DNA of 63,579 nucleotides, filler included, from Saprolegnia diclina VS20 (taxonomy: Eukaryota): the NCBI RefSeq assembly GCF_000281045.1. It is 5 parts of one record of this genome, joined end to end, with 100 filler letters (N's around TTAATTAATTAA, not from the genome) between each part and the next. Parts side by side here need not be neighbours in the genome. Positions count along the whole stretch, not along the records: positions 31,234 to 51,252 come from NW_008246137.1; positions 51,353 to 56,922 come from NW_008246137.1; 3 more parts are not named here. One strand, given 5' to 3'. Both the position numbers and the translations under genes were made by a program. Shown here piece by piece: positions 44,801 through 56,922 of this stretch. Position 1 is the first letter of the stretch, and each line of letters starts with the position of its first letter. Under the pieces are notes generated by a model. The model worked only from the letters and a program-made list of their open reading frames with translations, was not told the origin of the DNA and did no database searches.

Positions 44801-47598
44801 GCGATGTCGCGACCACGCCCCCCGGGTTCATCACATGATCGAGACGGACCAAGATGGATTCACAGAGGGGGACCCACGCGCGTTCTGGGACATTAGCGCA
44901 CAATAAGATTTAGAAACGTAGTTGAATTGGAAGAGTACCGTAGACAAAAGCGAGCACGTGGGGTCCAAAAAGGGTCATGATTTCATCTTCATGGACCACG
45001 GCCTGCGTCTCGACGGCCGACTGCGGCTCAAAGAGCTTGAGCTGCAGCACGCACGTCGGCTCGATCTGCGCCACGTAAAACGACACAAAGTAGGTTAGTG
45101 CGTGGTAGTTCCACGAGCCGCTAAAGACGACCGTGTCGGGCGTCGGGTCGGCGCCGTCCATGCGTCCATCGCCACCGTCGCATCCGTCGTCTACATAGCA
45201 CAAGACAATATTTCGTTATAAAATCCAAGAGTACCTTGTAACACAAACACGTCAGCGGGTCGCGACCCCGGGACGCGCTCCAGAGTCTGGTCCCGCACCT
45301 GCGGGTTCGTGTCGTCCATCTCGAGGTACATGAGCAGGTCCGACGTGTCGGCACTGGTTTCGGCGCCGGGTTCGAGCAACTGGGACGTCGATTTGGCGCT
45401 AGGTTGGTTCTGCAAACTCACCTACACCCACTGTGTTATCAACAGTTAAAGAGGGAACACGGCGTACGGTCTCGAGCACCCAGGCGCAGAGGACGGCCGC
45501 TGGCGTAGAAATGGGCACCAAATAGGCGGGTCGGAATTTCTCGTTGGTCAAAAATGGACTCAGCGCCTTCATTTTGAACGCGGCGACTGGAGGCCCGTCG
45601 AGAAAGGTGTGGAGCGTTCGAAGCAGTTGCTTGCCGTTTGCGAGCAGTGTCCGGGCCGTGGACCAGCTCACATCTTTGGGGACGAGGTCCCCGGGCGTGA
45701 GCAGAATCATGACGGTCGCCTACGCCATTCTAAGATTGCAATACGAACTTGATGTGTGGCATACGACGATGAGTGCAACGACTTGCGGCGGGGCTTCGTC
45801 GCGGCTGAGCGCCTCCAGTTCGAGGTGCGTCACCGAGAGATTTTGCAGCGTCAAGACCACCGGGTTGGTCTTCTTGTAGGGTTTTTTGAGCCGCTTATTC
45901 GGCTTGGTCGCTTGTTGCTAGGCCATTTTAGTGTTACGAGCGCGATTATATTCTAGTACCCCTGGGCGAGGCGGTTTCTTCTGATGGGGAAATGACTCGG
46001 CCGAGACGCGCGGCTTGACCTTGGCGTACTTGGGGTTCGTGTAAGGCACCGTGACTAACCAAGCACACGATAGCACATGGTGGCATCACGTTGGAGCGAC
46101 GCACCGTGGATGACAGTACTGGGCTTCTTCGCCGGCGGACCGTCGTGGACCGTGTGCATGAGGTCTTTCAAAGTCTTTGGCGGCGACATGGGCAACGACG
46201 GCAAGTAGCCCTTGCGCTTCATGAGCGCCGACGAGTCCATCACATGCACCTAGTCCGGTTTCGATATACCATTGATCGATTCGACGTTGCAACCTACCCC
46301 TAAAGACGACTCCATCGGCATGGACAGCAACTTGAGCTGCATCTCGGCGCGCTGTTGCCACTGGAGCACCTCGAGCGTACTCATGCCACTGGGCGGCGCC
46401 GTCTCGGCTGTCTCGGGGACGCTGGCGTCCGGGGGCACCTCGGGGGGCAATTCGTTCAGATGGAGGCAGCACCAGACCAAAAATGCGTCGGCCTGCGTGA
46501 CAATGTCGCCTGCCGTTGCCTAAACAAACGTAAAAACTCGAGAAAAAGCTGTAAAAGTGTACTGTACCTCGTTGGGGACCGTGGAGACGAACGGAGGGGA
46601 CGCCATGCTGTGCACGGGCTCGAGGTCGCGGCCGGGAATCGAAGTCGGCAGCATGAACGGGTTGCGCACCATCGACTCGGGCGCGACACCGAGGACGTCG
46701 GCGAGCCGGGGGATCTCGGCGAGAAAGTTGAGGTCGTCCAGCATACGGTGGACGTAGCTTTTCCCGCTAAAAATGTACGTTTGGGGGGATGGCAGTTGCT
46801 ACCAAAATGTGGTGAATCGTGTCCTGTCTACCAACACAATAGATACCAGTTGCCACTCGTAGAGGGCTTGGACGACAGCGACCGACGCGTCACGCGTTTG
46901 CAGCAAAATCGAGAGCAGCGAGTCGGCGTTTTGGACCTTGAGCGACGTGACGTCGCCGATCGAGATGCGCTCCGCGACGCCCTTGAGACGGCTCACGAGC
47001 CCTTCGCGGATCAGAATGTTCTTCATCACGAGAATTTCGTGTTTCGGGTCGCTAATCTCAGAAATGAAAAGTCGAAATGTGCCAGACAATAGGTACATAC
47101 GTGGTCGGGACACTCGAGGGCTGCTGGCACCCAAAGGCCTCTTGGAGGTGGGCAATGTTGTGCTGGATATCACTCGCATGCACGTGCTTGTGTCCGTGCT
47201 CGAGCACCTGCTTGGTTTCGTGGGCCTCTTTGATCTTATTGTTCGTGTAGCTCAGCGTGTCCTTGAAGTCCCGCGCGAGGTTGGTGAGGCCGTACTCGGC
47301 GGGAAACGACGTGTCCCAGCCAAACTCGCGCTTCTGCGTCGCGTTGAGCTTCGTTGTTCGGAGCGGTTTGGGCTTGAGGCTCTTGGCGTCGCGCAAGGAC
47401 TCTTTGGTCGGCGACCCGTGCCACCCCATTTCCTCGCGCGTTAGCGCTGCGTGCGACTGAGTATAGTGAAATCAAGAGAGACATACCGTGGAAGGGGTGG
47501 TTCATCACGGGCCGCGCGGGAATCGCCTTGTGCAGGGACTCGTGGCTGCTCGCAGCCCGCGCCTTGGGCCGGTACGGGTAGTGCAGCGCCGATGCCAT
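38841..47598 (-). CDS. Large multi-exon protein: N-terminal helical domain, dynein-stalk-type microtubule-binding domain, ~11-12 IQ motifs, ~1160-aa acidic disordered tail
   Basis: Start MASALHYPYRPK at 47598. EILVMKNILIREGL / YVHRMLDDLNFL / RNPFML block, MTBD-like block at ~45480-45850, IQCLARQR repeats at 42400-44490. The last IQ exon splices in frame (RVAERRAQV) into ORF 38841-42335. Continuity of the upstream exons was not checked at every junction. Confidence 0.65.
43933..43989. repeat. Degenerate ~10-bp tandem repeat with phased A-tracts inside a 97-nt intron
   Basis: tctcaaaatttccgaaaactctcgaaatttcccgaaaatctcaaaaatctcgaaaat within intron 43901-43997. Confidence 0.7.
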
Positions 47599-48054
47599 GC
47601 ACCGAAAATTAGTGCGCAACCGTTCGCATTTCGCGCACGCCGATTGGCTGCATCGAGATCCTTGCCCGTTTCGGCTTCGTTTCGGACATGTCCTGTTTTG
47701 AAATCTGCTATCAACCAAGGGCAGACGAGTTACTGGCAGTGGCCTGCTCGTTGATTGATTCTGCTCCAGTACGAGTGCGCTCCAGACAGTGCTGGGATGG
47801 ATAACAGTATACATGCTGCACTCGGACAGCTCCGCTGAATGGGACTTGTCGTTCGTGCGCACGGAAGCCAAGGTACTGATACGCTGGGAAATGAACTGAG
47901 CAAGAATCGCCACTAGCTAGCACTGGATCTTGCTCGGTGTTTTGGCCACGAACATACGCTACCATGGCATACCGAGGGACAGGAAGATAGGCAGTGAGGG
48001 CGTGGGTCACACCCTTCGGGATCCTAATTAGGCATTTTCGGAAAGGCCGCGATC

Positions 48055-49425
48055 ATGGACCGGCTTGCACCCGAGAGCCTCCAGTGCATTGCGGCGTACG
48101 TGGCGGACGCCAATGAGCTCGTCGCGTTCTTGCGTCTGCTGCCAACCACCGCGCTCGGGCCGTCGTTTTCGGTCCTTGTGACCACTCGGCGATTGCACCG
48201 CCGATGGCCGCGCTTCTTCATGGATGCTGATGTCGGTGGCGACGACATTGTCGCACTCCAATCACTCGTCACCAGCGTGCACGTCCCGTCGCTGAAAGCT
48301 CTCTACCAGGTTACATCAAACGCAGTGCTTCGATCCCACGTGTTGATTCAACTGGTGCCGCCGATACACCCGTACAAGCTGCAGCACCCGGTCTTGCTCC
48401 ACGTGCGATCGCGGCTCAGTTGTCTGCACCTCGCAATTCCGACGATGGAGATGCCGGCGCCGCGTATCAAAGCGCTGATTTCATTTCTGGCAGCGTGTCC
48501 TCGTTTGCTCACACTACATCTGGCGTGGCGCGTGCAGCTGCAGCCAGCGGTACTCCAAGCGCTCGTCGACAAAGCTGTCATTGCGCAAGGGTTGACCGAG
48601 CTCGCGTTGCAAAGTGACGTTACGTACGAGCTGCCAGACGCATTGGCAAGCGATTTGGCTTGTTGGATCCAACAGAGACCGTCGCTGACGACATTGAAGC
48701 TGGAAAGCATTGCAATGACGGACGCGGCCAGCAAAAACGTCTTCGCGACGCTGCTTGCTCTCCCGCAATTGACGACGCTGTCTCTGCAGAGCTCGGCGGC
48801 GTTGGCCGCGCAGTGCTGGCGCCCACAGCGGCTTCCATCGCAGCTGCGAACCCTCGACATTTCCGCCTGGGACGGTCGTGCCTCGATGGATGCGATCGTT
48901 GCGCTGCGGACTGTACCCCACCTTCGAGACTTTGCCCTTCGCGGTCACGCCAATGTCGATTTTTCGTTCGAGATCCCGCGCCGCCTGCACCGACTAAGCC
49001 TATGCGTCGGTCAAGTGCCGTCGAGTCGGTCGTGGTGGGAGGCGCTGCCGTCGTCGCTGCACGATCTCGAGCTGCAGCTAGGTCGGGGCGACGACGACGT
49101 AGCGCTGCTCACAGCGTGTCTTTTGCGACTGCCCAAGCTGCAGCGATTGACTTTGAACGAGTCGAACATCACGTGTGATGGTGCCATCCAGCTCGCGGCC
49201 GTGTTGCCCCACTGCCAGGTGCTTCGCGCTCTGAGCTTGCGTCAGAATCTCATCGGACACGACGGTGCAGTTGCAGTCGTTGCCGCTCTAACTGGCCACT
49301 TGGCTCTCGAGCAAGTGGACTTTGCGCACAACATTATACCGGTACCTTCCACGCACGTCCTTCAGCCCATCGGGTCCTGCTCACTACACCGGTATACTCT
49401 CAACCTGGAAGAGAATAATATGTAA
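48055..49425 (+). CDS. RNI-like leucine-rich repeat protein with F-box-like N-terminus
   Basis: LAPESLQCIAAYV N-terminus; repeats LTTLKLES, LRTLDISAW, LQRLTLNESNITCDGAIQLA, LRALSLRQNLIGHDGA. Confidence 0.8.
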   Translation: MDRLAPESLQCIAAYVADANELVAFLRLLPTTALGPSFSVLVTTRRLHRRWPRFFMDADVGGDDIVALQSLVTSVHVPSLKALYQVTSNAVLRSHVLIQLVPPIHPYKLQHPVLLHVRSRLSCLHLAIPTMEMPAPRIKALISFLAACPRLLTLHLAWRVQLQPAVLQALVDKAVIAQGLTELALQSDVTYELPDALASDLACWIQQRPSLTTLKLESIAMTDAASKNVFATLLALPQLTTLSLQSSAALAAQCWRPQRLPSQLRTLDISAWDGRASMDAIVALRTVPHLRDFALRGHANVDFSFEIPRRLHRLSLCVGQVPSSRSWWEALPSSLHDLELQLGRGDDDVALLTACLLRLPKLQRLTLNESNITCDGAIQLAAVLPHCQVLRALSLRQNLIGHDGAVAVVAALTGHLALEQVDFAHNIIPVPSTHVLQPIGSCSLHRYTLNLEENNM

Positions 49426-49662
49426 ATCGACAAGCTAACTCGTATCATTAACGTATCATGTGCTGATTCGAATTGGTCAGTCCCTTGTGTTGTCCCTTGA
49501 TTTCGTGCACCAAGCATATTCCACTTCTAAGAAACGGCAGCACTTCAGCGACCACGAACGGCTGCAAGCAACTGCAAAGTAGCCATACATAACTCACAAC
49601 AACACTGTATATGTACACAACATAATCCCTGTCCTTCAACTACGAGCCTTCCGTTCAGGCAC

Positions 49663-50547
49663 CTACTCTTCATCGCCATCATCGTGGTGGTTGGACAGAA
49701 AGGCCTTGTAGCAGCCCGCGCCCAAGGTCGCACCGACCATCGGCGCCACCATCGGCACCCAAAAGTAGTGGTTCGCGCCCGTAAAGACCTCCGAGCCCCA
49801 CCCCGCGAGGTACGTAAAGAAGCGCGGCGCAAAGTCGCGGGCCGGGTTCAACGCATACCCCGTCGGCATGCCAAAGCTCATGCCAATCGCGACGACGATC
49901 GCGCCGACCGTGAGCGGCTTCATGATGCCGTTCGTCGGCATGTTCTTGTTGTCGTCGACGCTCATGATGGTGAGGAGGAGCATGAACGTGCCGAGCATCT
50001 CGCACACGAACGCGCTGCCGTGGTGCTCGTACGACTGCGGGTAGGTGGCAAAGATGCCGCCCGTCTTGTTCCAGAGGCGGTCGCCGTCGTAGTGGTCGAT
50101 GGCCGGGAGGTAGATGATAAAGACAAAGAGCGCGCCGAGGAACGCGCCAATCATCTGCGAGACCATGTAGAACGGCCACTTGCGCCACGGCATGATGCCA
50201 TAGACGCAGAGTGCGAACGAGACGCTCGGGTTGAGGTGCGCGCCCGAGACGCCGCCGGCCGCGTGGATACCAAACGTGACGGCGAGGCCGCACCCGATCG
50301 AGATGTGCGTGTAGTCGCCGTTCTTGCCCTCGCCGAGGACGACCTGCGCGACGACGCCGTTGATGAACGCCATCATGACAAACGTGCCGAGGACCTCAGC
50401 GATGCACTCGCGGAGAAGCGGGTCGCGGACGCGGTACCACGGGCGCTTGGCGATCGGCTTCTTGTTGTCGAAGCTCGTGACCGGGAGGTAGTTGGTCGCG
50501 GCGGCCTGGGCATTTTCACCGCTGCTCGAGTAAGTCTCACCGCGCAT
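49663..50547 (-). CDS. Aquaglyceroporin (MIP family)
   Basis: AEVLGTF, SGAHLNPS, GIFATYP, GYALNPARDFAPR (NPARD glycerol-facilitator signature), YFWVPMVAP. Confidence 0.95.
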   Translation of the reverse strand: MRGETYSSSGENAQAAATNYLPVTSFDNKKPIAKRPWYRVRDPLLRECIAEVLGTFVMMAFINGVVAQVVLGEGKNGDYTHISIGCGLAVTFGIHAAGGVSGAHLNPSVSFALCVYGIMPWRKWPFYMVSQMIGAFLGALFVFIIYLPAIDHYDGDRLWNKTGGIFATYPQSYEHHGSAFVCEMLGTFMLLLTIMSVDDNKNMPTNGIMKPLTVGAIVVAIGMSFGMPTGYALNPARDFAPRFFTYLAGWGSEVFTGANHYFWVPMVAPMVGATLGAGCYKAFLSNHHDDGDEE

Positions 50548-51352
50548 GATGGAATGTGCTACTCGGTGGTCGAGGGCGAATCGAGTTGTGAACCATCGAG
50601 ACGACGGGTGCTACGCATGTTGAAGTTGGCGCTCGTGCGGGCGCTTCAACGTCCGCTGGCCAATCCGAGCAAGCGCGACGCCGTCTGTTTGGAAATGGCT
50701 TGGAGGCGTAGCCCACCTGGCGGCACAGAAAAATGCGAAGGGCGGGGCGAAGCCTGCACCACGGAGCGTGTTCGGATCACGCACAGCCGACGCGCGTCGA
50801 TTTAGTAACCTGCACTTCTTGCATCATACTCGTTTCGCGGCAGATGCTTGAAGAAGCCCTAATTTGCAGTCGATGGGAATGGCGGGGAGCGGCGAGCTTC
50901 GGATGAACGCCGGAAATGGCGCCCACCACGCAGGCTGTTCGTGGTGGTCGCGGTCGTCGAGCTTGTGCGCGAGATGACTACTCGACGTGTCTGGTCAACA
51001 AGTCGCAGTGCGGCTGTCGTCTTGACTCGGTCGTCGTCACTGTCTCGTGTTGACGAAGACGCGTCCGAGCGGCAAGTTCAGGAAAGGCATGGCTCAGCGT
51101 CCCACTCTTTTTCATTTCGAAACGCCAAAAGACACATGTTGCCGTTACAACGCGCTATGCCGACCACAAGTTGATTTGGATCACGAAATTCGACAAAACC
51201 AATACCGCTTGTGCTGAGAGGCGAACTCTTTCACATATTCTACATGGCTGGCNNNNNNNNNNNNNNNNNNNNNNNNNNNNNNNNNNNNNNNNNNNNTTAA
51301 TTAATTAANNNNNNNNNNNNNNNNNNNNNNNNNNNNNNNNNNNNNNNNNNNN

Positions 51353-52649
51353 CGATGGGCTCCAAGAGCGGGGACGGCAAGAGCGGCGTCGACGCATTGC
51401 GCGTCACGACCAAGCGCACGTCGGTGGGTGAGTGGTAATACAAAATGCCGGTCGCGTCAAACGGCAAGAGACTTTGCATGGCGAGCGGGGCGTGCGAGAG
51501 CGGGTGCACGCCGTCCGCCAGCACCAAATTATGGTAGAACGAGCACCAATTCGTGATCACCGAGATTTTCCCGCCAAAAAGGCCAGCCAATGCACCTGGA
51601 ATATCGTCGTCGGTCGTTGGCGCGTTTTTGCGCTGAGGGGCATGCTTGTCGATGTTGGACGCGCGAATACAAGCGGGTGACGCGTACTCACTGGCCGTGT
51701 ACGTGAAGGCGATGATGTAGTTGCCAGCATCTCTCGACGAGAGACCGAGTCGATCGCGGAGGTTGATCGACATGAGCCCGAGCGACGTATGCGTCATGCT
51801 GAAGAAAGCACTGGTGAGAATGTCGTTGGTCGAGAGAAAGGGCGCGGTTGGCGTCGGTGAGTACGCCTTCTTGACGGCCGCGATCGCGTCCAGGTTGACA
51901 CGGTACTGTGTGACGTGCGGTGGCGTCTTGAGGAGCTTGCGGTAGCTGTACAGCAGCGCATTGATGAGGACGCGGAGGCCCATGAACGCCGACCGCGTCG
52001 TGTACGGTGCCCAGTGGCGAAAGACCGGCGTCCCGTTGTAAAACGCACGGGTCGGCGTCAGCGCACACACCTTTTCATTGACATCCAGCATCTGGTAGAG
52101 CGTGTAAAACGTGTCGCCGTCCCCGATCGAGTGGCAAAGCGCGACGGCGACACCAATGGTGCCATTCGCAAAGTGCACCGCGACAACTTGGAAGAGGCGC
52201 GCACGCGGATCGTCGAGGCAGACGCGACCAATCATCGTCGGCGCAATGTTTGTCGTGAGCCAATGCGTGACGTCGTCACTCGGTGCGTCGGCCGGCAACG
52301 AGCACGTCACCTCGGAGAACGCTGCCGCGGCGTTGTTCGGCGACGCGGCGTACTGGAGCTCGACCATCGTGTCGACTGCGGAGACCATGCGCCCGACGAG
52401 CCACGGGTTGGCCGCGACAATGGCCGCCGTGCGCGCGGCGAGGGCCGGAACGTCGAGATGCGGATAGACGGTGATTGTTCGCGTCGGCGGCAGCGCCATG
52501 ACGTGGAACGAGTTGGCTTCGTGCTGCATGATCGTGACGCAGGCGTCGCCAAAGCGCGCAGTTGGCGCCCGCGGGCGCAGCGAGTAGCCGAGCGCGAGGG
52601 CGACCGCAGCGACGGCGCCGAGCACCTGGATCGTCTCGGTACTGTCCAT
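51353..52649 (-). CDS. HXXXD CoA-dependent acyltransferase-like protein with N-terminal membrane anchor; 3' end in gap
   Basis: Anchor VLGAVAAVALALGY; NPWLVGR; CHSIGDGDTFY (HXXXD); FLSTNDIL; INLRDRL; AGNY; ITNW. Confidence 0.65.
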
Positions 52650-53941
52650 TGACGAGTGGCTGGAGTTGTGAACGTGCTCATTCGGCAAGGACTCACATCG
52701 TGTCTTTCCGTTGCTATGCACTTTATTGGATACGCTGCAATGAAAAGCAAACTCACGGAACGTTCTGGCACCCGTCTTGGTCAATTTGCCATGTTGAGTA
52801 TAAAAATACAGTTGATATTGTTCTGTTTGTATGTAGTATTTTAGTATATTGAAATGGCCGCGAGAGTCCGGTTACATATTCCGGAAAACCTGAGAATTCG
52901 TGTAAAACGTACCTGACCGCCTGTCTGCATGGTGTCGCCGCCAGCTTGAGAGCAAGAGCTGTGGTGCAACCAACGAACCAAGGCCTTGAAGCACGGTAGA
53001 CTCGAATCTTGAATGGCAAGAGCATCGGCAACGGTGATTCTTCCAGCTATTGCTTCCCCGCTATGAACAACGGCGTTGGTACAGTATCTCTCGAGCAGAG
53101 GGCGAGCGTCGCAGTGCACGAGCCTTTCACTTGTCGTCGCACAAACACAGCCTTGGGCGGTAGTACGATGTGGATGTGGTTAGGTGAAGATTGGTCTTGC
53201 AAAGTCCGGCTTGGAATGGTCACACCAACCCAGCACACTTCTGGTCCAAGCGTGGGCCACTGCCACGACACACCTTGTGAAAACAACATCTTAACCCTTT
53301 AACGCCCAAATTTTTAAGACTACGGATGGCTCTAGCTTGAAGAGCGTCGTAGGCTTCAACTGGTACATTGGCGAGCGGTTGAATGACATCCCAGAGACAG
53401 AGTCCAAGCAGTGGAGGAGATGGCCGTAACNNNNNNNNNNNNNNNNNNNNNNNNNNNNNNNNNNNNNNNNNNNNNNNNNNNNNNNNNNNNNNNNNNNNNN
53501 NNNNNNNNNNNNNNNNNNNNNNNNNNNNNNNNNNNNNNNNNNNNNNNNNNNNNNNNNNNNNNNNNNNNNNNNNNNNNNNNNNNNNNNNNNNNNNNNNNNN
53601 NNNNNNNNNNNNNNNNNNNNNNNNNNNNNNNNNNNNNNNNNNNNNNNNNNNNNNNNNNNNNNNNNNNNNNNNNNNNNNNNNNNNNNNNNNNNNNNNNNNN
53701 NNNNNNNNNNNNNNNNNNNNNNNNNNNNNNNNNNNNNNNNNNNNNNNNNNNNNNNNNNNNNNNNNNNNNNNNNNNNNNNNNNNNNNNNNNNNNNNNNNNN
53801 NNNNNNNNNNNNNNNNNNNNNNNNNNNNNNNNNNNNNNNNNNNNNNNNNNNNNNNNNNNNNNNNNNNNNNNNNNNNNNNNNNNNNNNNNNNNNNNNNNNN
53901 NNNNNNNNNNNNNNNNNNNNNNNNNNNNNNNNNNNNNNNNT

Positions 53942-55639
53942 CTACTTGCGGAGAAAGACCTTGTAGAGAATCGCAAGGAGCGCGACGCCGCTCGGCACAA
54001 AGATGCCGAGGAGGTAGTTCTTGGAGTTTTCGGGCGGGCAACCCGTACCACCGGCAAGGCGCGCACAGCTCGTCTCGTCGTACATGGACATGAGCGTCCC
54101 CGTGATCGAGCAGCACAGAATCACAAAAAGCGCGTAGAAAATGATGCCGGCAATGAGGGGCTGGCGGCCGCCGTTCTTCTTGAGCTCGGCGACAGCCGCC
54201 TTCTGCGGCGGAAGCAACACGACCCAGCAGCAACCAATGACCGCGAAGGAGTACGAGATAATGTACGAGTACGCGACTTGGTTGCGCGTCTCGTCCGAGT
54301 CGGCCTTGATGAGCTTCTTGTTGTAGTCGAGCGAGCCGTCAATGATGTTGGTAATCATCGTGCCAAAGGTGCCCGGGAGGTTCGACACCGTGGTCAAAAG
54401 CCCGTACATGACGCCTTCGTTGCCGACTTCGGCGAGCTCGACAATGACGTACGTACCAATGACAAAGTTGATACCGGACGGGATGTTCTCCATGATCGGG
54501 ACACCAAGGTAGAACCACTGGTTGCGCACCACATCGTAGACGGTGCAAAACTGGCAGACCGAGTCGATCGCGTTCGCGCACAAGATCGTAATGACGAGCA
54601 CGTAGCGCCAGTTCCAGTGCGTACCATACGTGCCCGTGAGAATCAAGACCACCGCAAACACGGCTTGACCGACGACGCCCATGATTTGGTTGTTGAGGTT
54701 CTCGACGCCGGCCCAGTTGAGCGACACGTAGTACGTCGCCGTCGACGTGATGTTGCCCGTGAAAAGCGAAAAGAGAAAGTTGAAGCAGAGCACTTGCCAC
54801 ACGGCGCGGTGCTGGACAAGCTCCCAAAAGTTGGAAAAGTAAATGCCCACGGGAACGCGCTCACGCTTGGCGTCCTTGACAAAGAACCAAACCACCGGCA
54901 CGTTGATGATCGACGGGACGGCCAAGATCCAGAAGTACCCGTTGATACCAATGTCCCAGTCAAAATCACCAGAAAACTCCTTCGAGTTGAGGCAGAGACC
55001 GCAAATGAGATAGATGATGGCCATAAAGACGGACCGCGTCGCGTAAATCATTGACTGCAAGCGGCCGCGGATCGCGATCGGCTCGCGCTGCGCGTACGAG
55101 AGCATCAAACCGTCCTGCGCGACGTCGGCCATGACGTAGCAAAAGCCCACAATCGTACAGAGAAGCGCAAGCTGCGAGCCATCCGAGCTCGAGCCCGGGT
55201 CGCCCGCCGGCTTGCACGCAATGTAGACGAGAATCGCAGCACACAGCGTCCAGCCGATAAACATGTACGGCTTGCGCGAGTAGCCAAAGATCGGGAAGCA
55301 GTCGTTGAACATGCCAAAGAAGACCTTGATGGTCCAACCGAGCGTCATGAGCGCGGACGCGGAGCTCAAGACGTTGGTTTCGAGCTGGAAGTAGGACGCG
55401 AGGATGGGAAACTTCATGGCGGGGACACCGCCGTAGACGATGCCGATCATCGCGTACTGGTAGAGAATAGCGAGGATCTCGGGCGACGTGTACACCGGGG
55501 CATCGCCTTCACGGAGCGCACCACCCTCCATCTCACCGGGCGTCTTCATGTCGTCGTAGTCGGCAGCGTTCTTCGTGTCCTTGTCGATCGAGTGAACGTA
55601 CGAGACGCGCTCCATGAGCGCATTGCTGGTGCGGTCCAT
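53942..55639 (-). CDS. Folate-biopterin transporter (BT1/FBT, MFS) family, copy 1, complete
   Basis: GWTIKVFFGMFNDCFPIFGYSRKPYMFIGW, DVAQDG, REPIAIRGRLQS, ELAEVGNEGVMYGLLTT, LLPPQK; multiple TM helices. Confidence 0.92.
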   Translation of the reverse strand: MDRTSNALMERVSYVHSIDKDTKNAADYDDMKTPGEMEGGALREGDAPVYTSPEILAILYQYAMIGIVYGGVPAMKFPILASYFQLETNVLSSASALMTLGWTIKVFFGMFNDCFPIFGYSRKPYMFIGWTLCAAILVYIACKPAGDPGSSSDGSQLALLCTIVGFCYVMADVAQDGLMLSYAQREPIAIRGRLQSMIYATRSVFMAIIYLICGLCLNSKEFSGDFDWDIGINGYFWILAVPSIINVPVVWFFVKDAKRERVPVGIYFSNFWELVQHRAVWQVLCFNFLFSLFTGNITSTATYYVSLNWAGVENLNNQIMGVVGQAVFAVVLILTGTYGTHWNWRYVLVITILCANAIDSVCQFCTVYDVVRNQWFYLGVPIMENIPSGINFVIGTYVIVELAEVGNEGVMYGLLTTVSNLPGTFGTMITNIIDGSLDYNKKLIKADSDETRNQVAYSYIISYSFAVIGCCWVVLLPPQKAAVAELKKNGGRQPLIAGIIFYALFVILCCSITGTLMSMYDETSCARLAGGTGCPPENSKNYLLGIFVPSGVALLAILYKVFLRK

Positions 55640-55650
55640 GCTGGAGGTAG

Positions 55651-55665
55651 CAAATTGCAGAATGA
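55651..55665 (-). promoter_or_regulatory. Oomycete Inr+FPR core promoter element
   Basis: Minus strand reads TCATTCTGCAATTTG just upstream of the FBT ATG, matching the known oomycete Inr/FPR pattern (YCATTYYNCAWTTY-like). Confidence 0.75.
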
Positions 55666-56828
55666 AGACTTGTTCGTCTTCTCACGCGGGGCTGATACAG
55701 GCCGCAGGCGTCTGCGTGCACCGTCCGTGGTACCCGGTACCGACGCCGTCCATTTTGGTAATCAGATTGAGTTGGGCCTACCACATGGAAGGGCCTTTTT
55801 TCTGGCTCACGTGTTTGGAGTTCGCGCATTTGAAACGCGGCGGGTGGCGCGGAAATATATATGAGGACTATAGTATGCGATATGGGTCGCACTTGAGGCG
55901 CGCGAACGTTTTCACACATATAAAAAGGACCCAGAGTAGCCTATCTATTTACCTTCAACGATGGCGTGCCGTCCACGGGTGCTTCAAGAATGTGGCGTTG
56001 AAAACGAATCGCTGACGTCGACGAGGACGCTATAAGTCCTAGTAAGCTGCATCGTTATCGCCCGTACTAGTATAGTAGCGCTATGTGGTGAAAGTGTCCA
56101 CATCATGCGTGGACAAAGACTCGCATTGACCAAAGGTGCTCGTGAGGAAAAGGCGCGCAACCTCGGACCTCGGAAACACTTGGAAGCACGACGTCACCAA
56201 GTTGCGTTCTTTGGAGAAGGATGTGGCAAGATTTCCTGGAACACCCAATTTCACCAACTCGTTTTCTCACGCTCGGGGTCCAGCGTCTGTGCATCGATTG
56301 GCCAGCCACCCAGGCGCTCATTACACCAGGTGTGGGTGCGAGAAAAATGTGTTTTTTCATCGCTGGTGTTTTTTGCCATTTCACACCGCACTTAATCGAG
56401 CATCATTTCGGGCCTGCGCTCTTGCGCTCGCTGCTCTTGCGCTGGCCTACAGTCAAACCGTCACTGGAGTTTTGTGTTTTCTCACTACTCTCGTAGACCT
56501 ATGGACGTTTCAGGTATAGGCGAAAGCCGAAAAATGAACAACGAGCGGCTACGCTCTGATGCGTGGGCGCCAACAAACGTAAACCGGTGGTTTTGGGACC
56601 CACATGCCAATACATGTTCAACACTACAGTGTATGACTGCGTGTGTAGTCGTATTTGTACTACACTATGTACTACCTACCGTACTAAGCTTACGACACTT
56701 GTAGTGTCGAGTTGGGCCCAAGGCGTGAGATGGTTGAATCGAGTCTTCAAGAGTCAAATTGATTGTTACGATACACACTACACCATTGAGGCAGATTGCC
56801 CGCCTCGTCTTCTACGCATGACGATCTT

Positions 56829-56922
56829 CTACTTGCGGAGAAAGACCTTGTAGAGAATCGCAAGGAGCGCGACGCCGCTCGGCACAAAGATGCCGAGGAG
56901 GTAGTTCTTGGAGTTTTCGGGC
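56829..56922 (-). CDS. FBT transporter 3'-terminal fragment (another array member, remainder in gap)
   Basis: 56828-56922 is identical to 53941-54035 (95 nt, including the stop codon) and ends at a gap. Confidence 0.85.
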
